Source of the DNA: a virus
Length of the DNA stretch: 64,000 nt
IMG/VR virus record: IMGVR_UViG_3300042197_000966
Coordinates: 12,226-76,225 of that record
Reading direction: 5' to 3' (one strand)
Below are positions 57,006 to 64,000 of the stretch, piece after piece. The position numbers and the translations under genes are program-made. Below the pieces are notes generated by a model. The model saw only the letters and a list, made by a program, of their open reading frames with translations. It made no database searches and was not told the origin of the DNA. How positions within the stretch are numbered: position 1 is the first letter of the stretch; each line of letters starts with the position of its first letter.

Positions 57006-57503
57006 ATGAGAAAAAATGCCATCACAAATCCAATCAACTATGTACTAAAAAATAACTATGGACTTTCTATTCCACAGTTAGCAAAAATTCGTACAGAATG
57101 TGTAAAAGCAGTATCACAACTGAGAACCAATCGTGGATCTGCTGCTGCTATTCAAGAAATCTTAGAAAAGAATTTTCCCGACATTAAGACATACTTCCCC
57201 ATCAATAACTGGGAGCAACGCAAACCATTGGCAAATGGTAAGTACGGTATTATTATCGTGGCAAAAGATTATGAATCTTCCTTGAATGCTTATGTAAAAT
57301 CTATTAACGTTGAGGTTGGTACTAGTTTCGGTAAGAAAGCTCGCCGCACAGAATCAAAGTTGTGTGAGCACTTTAATATCAATCAGGTAGAACAACCAGT
57401 ATCAACTGTAAATTTGGATAACGAAACTGTCCAAATCCTCCAGTTTGCTTTGGCAAATGGTGCTAAACTATTCCGTAAAGGAGATCTAGAAATTCAATTT
57501 TGA
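57006..57503 (+). CDS. Hypothetical protein, 165 aa
   Basis: ORF directly behind the consensus promoter; no recognised motif. Confidence 0.7.
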   Translation: MRKNAITNPINYVLKNNYGLSIPQLAKIRTECVKAVSQLRTNRGSAAAIQEILEKNFPDIKTYFPINNWEQRKPLANGKYGIIIVAKDYESSLNAYVKSINVEVGTSFGKKARRTESKLCEHFNINQVEQPVSTVNLDNETVQILQFALANGAKLFRKGDLEIQF

Positions 57504-57504
57504 T

Positions 57505-58014
57505 ATGAACATTTTTGTCACTTCGCCATTTCCTGCCGAGAGTGCCATTTGTTTGCCAGATAAACATATCGTAAAGATGCCACTTGAATGCTGCCAGATG
57601 TTATCCATCGTAGCGTCCAAGTGGTATCATTCGTATGGAGCAATTCACAAGGCAGATGGTATCGCATATCGTACAGAGAAAGGTGCCTTTCGTAATCACC
57701 CATGTACTAAATGGGCAGCAGAAACTATTGACAATGCCTACTGGTTGATCAAGTGGGGCATGAACCTATGCGATGAATACTCTGTTCGCTACGGTAAGTT
57801 TCATTCTTGCTACAATACTTTGCTGGAAGCATACTATCTTTTTCCAAAAGGTAAGATCACTAATGTAACTCCATTTGCTAGAGCTATGCCAGATGAGTAT
57901 AAATTAGATACTAGTATTGATACCTTCACAGCATACAAAATGTATATTGCCAGCAAACCATGGGTGGCATCCAACTACCTTCGTATGCCAGTTCGCAAAC
58001 CGTCCTGGGTCTGA
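57505..58014 (+). CDS. Pyrimidine-dimer DNA glycosylase/endonuclease V superfamily protein
   Basis: MNIF...DKHIVKMPLECCQML; NHPCTKW; PFARAMPDEYK. Confidence 0.75.
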   Translation: MNIFVTSPFPAESAICLPDKHIVKMPLECCQMLSIVASKWYHSYGAIHKADGIAYRTEKGAFRNHPCTKWAAETIDNAYWLIKWGMNLCDEYSVRYGKFHSCYNTLLEAYYLFPKGKITNVTPFARAMPDEYKLDTSIDTFTAYKMYIASKPWVASNYLRMPVRKPSWV

Positions 58015-58066
58015 CGCCAAACCACCCCACCTGCCCTATAATAACTACATCAACGCAATGACCCCA

Positions 58067-59182
58067 ATGCCTGCCAAATCTGACGTGACTACCGAGCAAC
58101 TGACTTCGTACCTGTCCAGCAACTTTGGTAACGATATCAATGCTGCCCAGGTTCAAGATGCTTGTGGTGTCTTTGGCATCACCTATGCTACTGCTACCAA
58201 GCGACTGCGTGACTTCTATGTGAAGCGTGGCACTTGGAACCTGACCGTTCAGGAGAAGCTTGAGCAAACCTTCAAGGCACCTGCTGCTGCTCCTGCTGTC
58301 AGTTTTACCGTTCGGGAACAACAGAACCTCGTTCCCGACAAAGATGCTAATTATGTCCCGTTCGGGAACTTCTCTGATGTAAAGAAGATCATTCAATCTG
58401 GTCTGTTCTATCCTACCTTTATCACTGGTCTGTCTGGTAACGGTAAGACTTTCTCTGTTGAGCAAGCATGTGCTCAACTCAAGCGAGAACTGATCCGTGT
58501 GAATATCACTATCGAGACCGACGAGGATGACCTGATTGGTGGTTTCCGTCTGGTGAATGGTGAGACTGTGTGGCACAACGGTCCTGTGATCGAAGCTCTT
58601 GAGCGGGGTGCCATCCTGCTGCTCGATGAGGTTGATCTTGCTTCTAACAAGATCCTGTGTCTCCAATCTATTCTTGAAGGCAAGGGTGTCTTCCTGAAGA
58701 AGATTGGTAAGTTCATCCAACCTGCTGCTGGTTTCAACATCTTTGCCACTGCTAATACCAAGGGCAAGGGTTCTGAGGATGGACGCTTCATCGGCACCAA
58801 TGTTCTCAACGAAGCTTTCCTTGAGCGTTTTGCTCTCACCTTTGAGCAGGACTATCCTACCGTGACTGTAGAGACCACCATTCTCAAGAAAGCATCTGCT
58901 GCTCTGAATGCCGTGGATGAAGAGTTCTGTGAGAACCTCGCCAACTGGGCAGATATCATCCGTAAAACCTTCCGTGATGGTGGTATTGATGAAGTGATCA
59001 GCACTCGTCGCCTGGTCCATATCATCCGTGCCTATGCTATCTGGCAGGATCGTATCAAAGCCATCAAGGTCTGTGTCAATCGTTTTGATGATGAGACCAA
59101 GCAATCTTTCATCGAACTGTATGATAAGATTGATGCCAAGGTAGAAACCAAGGAGGAAGAGAATGTCAGCGATCCGTTCTGA
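58067..59182 (+). CDS. cobS: CobS/MoxR-like AAA+ ATPase
   Basis: GLSGNGKT; DEDDLIGG; LLLDEVD; ATANTKGKG; NEAFLERF; ISTRRL; TATAAT at 58037. Confidence 0.9.
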   Translation: MPAKSDVTTEQLTSYLSSNFGNDINAAQVQDACGVFGITYATATKRLRDFYVKRGTWNLTVQEKLEQTFKAPAAAPAVSFTVREQQNLVPDKDANYVPFGNFSDVKKIIQSGLFYPTFITGLSGNGKTFSVEQACAQLKRELIRVNITIETDEDDLIGGFRLVNGETVWHNGPVIEALERGAILLLDEVDLASNKILCLQSILEGKGVFLKKIGKFIQPAAGFNIFATANTKGKGSEDGRFIGTNVLNEAFLERFALTFEQDYPTVTVETTILKKASAALNAVDEEFCENLANWADIIRKTFRDGGIDEVISTRRLVHIIRAYAIWQDRIKAIKVCVNRFDDETKQSFIELYDKIDAKVETKEEENVSDPF

Positions 59183-59339
59183 TGAATTCCACGGTTATGT
59201 AAATCGTCTTGCCGTCCTCAAAAACGGCAAGACCGTTCGTATCCTAGGTGGCGAGGGTATGAAATTATTTGTCAGGGACCTTGACGGGAACCTTGAAGAA
59301 TGCTACCATGATAATATTGAACACATTTGGACAGAATGA
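59163..59339 (+). CDS. Hypothetical protein, 58 aa (not in the ORF track)
   Basis: MSAIRSDEFHGYVNRLAVLKNGKTVRILGG...EECYHDNIEHIWTE; strong AGGAGG RBS. Confidence 0.7.
   Translation: MSAIRSDEFHGYVNRLAVLKNGKTVRILGGEGMKLFVRDLDGNLEECYHDNIEHIWTE
59281..59309 (+). promoter_or_regulatory. Sigma70-like promoter TTGACG-N17-TACCAT
   Basis: Lies inside the 58-aa ORF, upstream of the DUF3310/gp45 genes; extended -10 TG. Confidence 0.6.
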
Positions 59340-59623
59340 ACTTTAAGTACAATGAAGACGCAATCCTTGAAGAGTTGCGCCAATACATTATGAATACCTA
59401 CAAACAGCATTACTCTGCTGGTGATGATAAAATCCAAACTCTGGATTTGATTGAAGCATGTGGCGATGGAGAAGCTTTCTGTCGCAGCAATATCCTGAAG
59501 TATGCTTCTCGTTATGATAAGAAAGGATCTGCTAGGATGGACATTATCAAAGTTCTACACTACGCAGTTTTGCTTCTGAACTTCAATGATAAAAACGCCG
59601 TCCGTGAAGATTACAACCGATGA
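59336..59623 (+). CDS. DUF3310-like protein (putative nucleotide kinase family)
   Basis: TYKQHY; FCRSNILKYASRYDKKG; DIIKVLHYA. Confidence 0.8.
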   Translation: MNFKYNEDAILEELRQYIMNTYKQHYSAGDDKIQTLDLIEACGDGEAFCRSNILKYASRYDKKGSARMDIIKVLHYAVLLLNFNDKNAVREDYNR

Positions 59624-60291
59624 GTAAAGTAACCCTATCCAAAAAAACTTTTGATGTCCTCAAGAACTTCTCCAGTATCAATTCCTCCATCGTATTCCGA
59701 AAAGGAAGCACAGTACGCACGATTAGCAATGCGGAGAACATACTGGCAGCGTTCTCTAGTGAAGAAGTATTCCCTATGGACTTCGCAATTTATGATCTCA
59801 GCCAGTTTCTTTCTGGCATCACTTTGTTTGACAGTCCTGAACTTGACTTCTCCTCTAGCGATTTTGTCAGCATCCGTGGCGGTGGTAAGTCTGCTCGTTA
59901 CTATTTTTCAGATCCAGAGATTACGCTGAAGTCGGCACCCGAAAAGAATGTAAAGTTTCCTGGTGCTGATCTTCAATTCAATCTTACTGGTGAAGATCTT
60001 GTGGCACTTCAGAAAGCATCTGCCGTTTATAGTCTGCCCGATCTGACTTTCCAATCCGAGGAAGGTTCTAATCAAATCAAACTCATCCTTCGTGATAAAG
60101 AGAATGATACCAGCAATACTTACGAGCAATCCATTTCTGGTGATTGTACTGGCAATTATTCATTGGATGTTAAGATTGAAAACATCCGTCTGTTCCCTGG
60201 CGACTATGTTGTTAAGGTATCCAAACATTTGATTTCCGAATGGACAAATCAAAATCTTGACCTTAAATATTACATCGCATTGGAGCCGTGA
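59620..60291 (+). CDS. gp45: Sliding clamp gp45
   Basis: LKNFSSINSSI; FAIYDLSQFL; YYIALEP. Confidence 0.95.
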   Translation: MSKVTLSKKTFDVLKNFSSINSSIVFRKGSTVRTISNAENILAAFSSEEVFPMDFAIYDLSQFLSGITLFDSPELDFSSSDFVSIRGGGKSARYYFSDPEITLKSAPEKNVKFPGADLQFNLTGEDLVALQKASAVYSLPDLTFQSEEGSNQIKLILRDKENDTSNTYEQSISGDCTGNYSLDVKIENIRLFPGDYVVKVSKHLISEWTNQNLDLKYYIALEP

Positions 60292-60294
60292 CGA

Positions 60295-60630
60295 TTGAAA
60301 CACATTCTTTTTACCCTGAAGGGGTGTGCCGCTGATGATCTAGATGATGAAGGTTTTATCAGAGATGTTCTATATCAAGCAGCAATCTGGTGTAAATCTA
60401 CTTTACTGAGTTTGAAATCACATAAGTTTGAACCGCAAGGTGTCACAGCTGTTGCTCTGCTTGCTGAAAGTCATATCAGCATTCACACTTGGCCAGAGAA
60501 TGGCACAGCAGTTTGTGACATCTTTACTTGTGGAGATCACACTAGACCAGAGGATGGTGTAGAATACATGCGGGCAGAACTGAATGCCACCAATATTGTG
60601 TCACAAACTATTTTGAGAGAGTTAGAATGA
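60295..60630 (+). CDS. speD: Pyruvoyl-dependent S-adenosylmethionine decarboxylase proenzyme
   Basis: HKFEPQGVT; self-cleavage site LAESHISIHTWPE; DIFTCG. Confidence 0.92.
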   Translation: MKHILFTLKGCAADDLDDEGFIRDVLYQAAIWCKSTLLSLKSHKFEPQGVTAVALLAESHISIHTWPENGTAVCDIFTCGDHTRPEDGVEYMRAELNATNIVSQTILRELE

Positions 60631-61571
60631 GCAAAGAGTTTTTATGGGTTGAAAAGTACCGTCCTTCTATTGTGGAAGATTGTATCCTACCAGAAAACAT
60701 CAAAGAAGTATTCCGAGGTTTTGTCGCACAAGAAGAGATCCCTAACCTTTTACTTACTGGCACTGCTGGTGTCGGAAAGACCACAATTGCCAAAGCACTA
60801 TGTCATGAGATCGGGGCGTCCTACATTGTCATTAACGGTTCGGACGAAGGGCGGTTCCTGGACACGGTACGCAATCGGGTCCGTCAGTTCGCCACAACGA
60901 TCTCTCTGACCTCTGGGGCGTCCCACAAGGTCGTTATCATTGATGAGGCAGACAACACCACTAACGATGTCCAGCTCTCGCTCAGGACCGCCGTGGAGGA
61001 GTTCCATGGCAACTGCCGCTTTATCTTCACCTGTAACTTCATCAATAAGATTATTGAACCTCTCCATTCTCGTTGTACGGTCGTTGATTTTCGTATCAAA
61101 CCTGATCAGGCAGTTCAACTTCAAGGTGAGTTCTTTACTCGTCTCAAATCTATCCTTACTCATGAGTGTGTAGAATATGAAGATAAAGTCCTCGCCAAAC
61201 TTGTCAAGCGATACTATCCCGACTGGCGCCGTCTCATCAATGAATGCCAGCGTTATGCTGCGACTGGCGCTATCGGTTCCGCTATTCTTGTTGATGTCGC
61301 TGATGTCAATTTGGACGCTCTACTCACTTCGCTGAAGAAGAAAGAATTTACTACAGTGAAGAACTGGGTGGTTCAACACCTTGATAATGACCCTAGCATG
61401 ATGATGCGTAAGGTCTATGACAGTCTGTATGATGTTCTCAAACCAGCTTCTATTCCAGAAGCAGTATTGATCATTGCCAAATATATGCGAGACATCACAA
61501 TTGTCCCTGACCAAGAAGTAAATATGCTAGCCTGTCTTACAGAACTAATGATGAGTTGTGAATTCCGATGA
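60627..61571 (+). CDS. gp44: Clamp loader large subunit gp44
   Basis: LWVEKYRP; GTAGVGKTT; IIDEAD; PLHSRC. Confidence 0.96.
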   Translation: MSKEFLWVEKYRPSIVEDCILPENIKEVFRGFVAQEEIPNLLLTGTAGVGKTTIAKALCHEIGASYIVINGSDEGRFLDTVRNRVRQFATTISLTSGASHKVVIIDEADNTTNDVQLSLRTAVEEFHGNCRFIFTCNFINKIIEPLHSRCTVVDFRIKPDQAVQLQGEFFTRLKSILTHECVEYEDKVLAKLVKRYYPDWRRLINECQRYAATGAIGSAILVDVADVNLDALLTSLKKKEFTTVKNWVVQHLDNDPSMMMRKVYDSLYDVLKPASIPEAVLIIAKYMRDITIVPDQEVNMLACLTELMMSCEFR

Positions 61572-62458
61572 AAACATGGATGCTAGCAAATCGTAAAACC
61601 AAAGAGATTTACGAAAGAGATAGATTTTTAGAAGAAGCAGAACAACTTGGAATTAATTTCAAGATTGTTTATGCTGATGAAATTGACCTTATTGTTTCTC
61701 GTGATGACAGAAAATCAATCCGCTACCAAAATGAGATTGTTAGCCTCCCAGATGTTTTACTCGCTAGGACAGGCTCTGCTACTGGTAACTACAATCTGTC
61801 CGTCTTGCGTCAGTTTGAAAGAATGAATGTTCCCACTCTGCCAAACTCTGATAGCATCATCGCAGCAAAAGATAAGATGTATGCTAATCAAATTCTGGCA
61901 CAGGCAGGACTTCCAATTCCTAAAACGATGCTTACTCGTTTTCCGAGTAATTGTGATTTAGTTGAAAAGCAAGTAGGTTTTCCTTGTGTAGTCAAAGTCA
62001 TTACTGGATCACATGGAGCTGGAGTTTATCTCTGTGAGAATAAGAAACAATTTGCCGACTTGTCAGAATTAATTTCTGCGCTAGACTTCAAGAACTCTAT
62101 GATCGTCCAAGAATATGTACAATATACAGAGGGACGTGATCTTCGTGTTATCGTTATTGGTGGCAGGGTTGTTGGTGCTATGCTTCGCCAGAGTACCGAT
62201 GGATCATTCAAAGCAAACATATCCCGTGGAGGTAAAGGAGTAGCTTATGATGTTGATGAAAAAATGGAACTCCTTGCCATTCAAACGGCAAAAGTTCTTG
62301 ATCTTGATATCGCTGGCGTTGATCTTCTTTTTCATGAAGATGGATACCGAATATGTGAAGCAAACTCCTCACCAGGATTTTATGGTTTTGAGAACGCTCT
62401 CGGTATAAACATCCCAGGAAAAATATTTGAATATGCGAAGATGAGGTGCGGTGAATGA
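61568..62458 (+). CDS. rimK: RimK-family ATP-grasp glutamate ligase
   Basis: AKDKM; GSHGAGV; VQEYV; GRDLRVIVIGGRVVGAM; FKANISRGG; AGVDLL; EANSSPG. Confidence 0.88.
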   Translation: MKTWMLANRKTKEIYERDRFLEEAEQLGINFKIVYADEIDLIVSRDDRKSIRYQNEIVSLPDVLLARTGSATGNYNLSVLRQFERMNVPTLPNSDSIIAAKDKMYANQILAQAGLPIPKTMLTRFPSNCDLVEKQVGFPCVVKVITGSHGAGVYLCENKKQFADLSELISALDFKNSMIVQEYVQYTEGRDLRVIVIGGRVVGAMLRQSTDGSFKANISRGGKGVAYDVDEKMELLAIQTAKVLDLDIAGVDLLFHEDGYRICEANSSPGFYGFENALGINIPGKIFEYAKMRCGE

Positions 62459-62697
62459 ACCCATTCAAAATTAATAAGTGGGACCTATATGATGCCCCAG
62501 TAAAGACAACTCCTGATAATGTGAGAGAGGCAAACGAAGGTCTCTTTCGTGCTAAAATGACTTTACCTGCTGCTGCCAAACACTGTGGTATGACGCAGAA
62601 GGAAATGAAACTAACGTTCTTTGAGTATCTTAAATATCATGCCCCAGACTATCAAATCACTGAAAACTCCATTACGTTACCCTGGCGGGAAGAGTAG
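62455..62697 (+). CDS. Hypothetical protein, 80 aa, HTH-like
   Basis: KTTPDNVREANEGLF...LPAAAKHCGMTQKEMKLTF. Confidence 0.7.
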   Translation: MNPFKINKWDLYDAPVKTTPDNVREANEGLFRAKMTLPAAAKHCGMTQKEMKLTFFEYLKYHAPDYQITENSITLPWREE

Positions 62698-63478
62698 AGC
62701 ACTCAGCAATCTCTTTCAGTACATGCCAGATCTGAAAGGTTATAAAGAGTTTCGTGAGCCATTTCTTGGCGGCGGTTCTGTGGCACTTGAAGTTACCAAG
62801 CGGTATCCTTTAATTGATATCTGGGTGAATGATCTTTACAATCCATTATATACTTTCTGGTGCTTTCTTCGTGATGAACCACAAGAACTTTATCGTTGTA
62901 TCAAAGATTATAAGGAAGAATACAATACACCAGAACTTGCTCGCCAACTCTTCAATGAAATGAAGATCCAACTCAATCACCCAGAAGCAGAAGATTTCTA
63001 TCGTGCGGTTGCTTTTTATATTATCAATAAGTGTAGCTTTTCTGGACTGACTGAAAGTTCTTCTTTTTCTGGACAAGCAAGTGTTAGCAACTTCTCTATG
63101 AATAACATTGAGAAAATTCCAGAGTATGGTAATCTAATTAAAGATTGGAAGATTACTAACTATTCATACGAAAGTTTGTTGTCAAACTACAAAAATGTAT
63201 TTGTGTATCTTGATCCTCCTTATGACATTAAGGACAACCTCTATGGGCGTAAGGGATCAATGCACAAAGGATTTGATCACGATAAGTTTGCTGCTGATTG
63301 TGATAGTTTTATTTGTCCTCAACTGGTTTCATACAACAATTCCAACCTCGTGAAGGAACGGTTCCATGGGTGGACAGTTGGAGAATTTGCACATACCTAC
63401 ACCATGCGGTCGGTTGGATCGTATACAATAGATCAAGCAGAACGAAAGGAACTCGTCCTTTACAACTATGAAAATTAA
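62639..63478 (+). CDS. dam: DNA adenine methyltransferase, Dam/D12 class
   Basis: PLRYPGGKS; EPFLGGGSV; VYLDPPY. Confidence 0.9.
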   Translation: MPQTIKSLKTPLRYPGGKSRALSNLFQYMPDLKGYKEFREPFLGGGSVALEVTKRYPLIDIWVNDLYNPLYTFWCFLRDEPQELYRCIKDYKEEYNTPELARQLFNEMKIQLNHPEAEDFYRAVAFYIINKCSFSGLTESSSFSGQASVSNFSMNNIEKIPEYGNLIKDWKITNYSYESLLSNYKNVFVYLDPPYDIKDNLYGRKGSMHKGFDHDKFAADCDSFICPQLVSYNNSNLVKERFHGWTVGEFAHTYTMRSVGSYTIDQAERKELVLYNYEN

Positions 63479-63611
63479 AGTCCAACTCTACGTTGCTGGT
63501 CGTCTCTTTGACGAGATCGTTGAGGCAGCAAACTATCAAGATGCTAGGGAGACAGCACTTGCTCGCAACCCCAAAGCTAAAGTTGTAAACGTTACTGCTG
63601 TGTTCAAATAA
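63468..63611 (+). CDS. Hypothetical protein, 47 aa (not in the ORF track)
   Basis: MKIKVQLYVAGRLFDEIVEAANYQDARETALARNPKAKVVNVTAVFK. Confidence 0.7.
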   Translation: MKIKVQLYVAGRLFDEIVEAANYQDARETALARNPKAKVVNVTAVFK

Positions 63612-63820
63612 TGTGGAGACTATGGTGTAAAGCACTCGGGGAGAAAGCATCCAATGATAAACGAGAAGCAGACAACATTGCTCATATACGCACTGCTATA
63701 TTCATTACTTATTTCGTTACTAATCTATTCATTATCGCGGGGGTCGTAAGGCACTGGAATGACATACCAACTCAAAGATTACCTATACAGCATCAATCAA
63801 TCCAAGAAAAACATTCTTGA
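63611..63820 (+). CDS. Small membrane protein
   Basis: MWRLWCKALGEKA...IRTAIFITYFVTNLFIIAGVVRHW. Confidence 0.7.
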   Translation: MWRLWCKALGEKASNDKREADNIAHIRTAIFITYFVTNLFIIAGVVRHWNDIPTQRLPIQHQSIQEKHS

Positions 63821-64000
63821 TGATGACGTTGACGCTGAAAGAGCATATCCCCCGTACATTATTAATCGGTGCCTCAGTTCATTTACTGATACCATCTTGT
63901 TTGTCAATGAGATGAACAAGAGTTCTCACCTTCCTAAGAAACTTCAATATGATTTTCTTCTAAATAGTATCAAACCGAGGAAGAGATTTTCTCCTTGGGC
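63759..64000 (+). CDS. gp62: Clamp loader small subunit gp62, 3'-truncated (not in the ORF track)
   Basis: MTYQLKDYLYSINQSK...YPPYIINRCLS...NEMN...LQYDFLLNSIKPRKRFSPW. Confidence 0.92.
   Translation, partial: MTYQLKDYLYSINQSKKNILDDDVDAERAYPPYIINRCLSSFTDTILFVNEMNKSSHLPKKLQYDFLLNSIKPRKRFSPW

Noticed and set aside
54642-59104. Long minus-strand ORFs of 382, 357 and 392 aa as real genes
   Set aside because: They are codon-aligned shadows of the CobT-like and CobS-like genes, explained by avoidance of TTA/CTA/TCA, and show no recognisable motifs.
54798-59182. CobS/CobT as cobalamin biosynthesis genes
   Set aside because: No CobN is present in the window. The pair fits a generic MoxR AAA+/vWA chaperone module common in T4-like phages.
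1-64000. tRNA genes, CRISPR arrays and photosynthesis genes (psbA, hli)
   Set aside because: Intergenic gaps are short and I saw no cloverleaf or repeat-spacer pattern or matching ORF by eye; tRNAscan and Infernal were not run.

Overview
This 64 kb window comes from a T4-like cyanomyovirus (Kyanoviridae-type gene content), and every supported gene is on the + strand. 1-25 kb holds baseplate wedge gp8, a 2698-aa DUF4815/VrlC-like protein and three large fibre-like structural proteins. 25-30.2 kb is an accessory enzyme cassette downstream of a late promoter: two unknown proteins, a U32-family Fe-S protein fused to a SAM methyltransferase, two 2OG-Fe(II) oxygenases and a QueG-like Fe-S protein. 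30.4-48.5 kb holds the neck, packaging, tail and head genes (gp13-gp23, gp3) with small-ORF islands. 48.5-64 kb holds recombination and replication genes (uvsY, uvsW, gp55, gp47, gp46, CobT/CobS-like pair, gp45, gp44, gp62) plus speD, rimK and a DNA adenine methylase. Three observations stand out: two apparent phycobiliprotein-like (bilin-binding globin-fold) domains inside the 2947-aa virion protein; the fibre-linked redox/methylation cassette; and a consensus sigma70 promoter pointing antisense into the late/uvsW block, back-to-back with the gp55 promoter. All family calls rest on motif recognition and synteny. No database searches were run.
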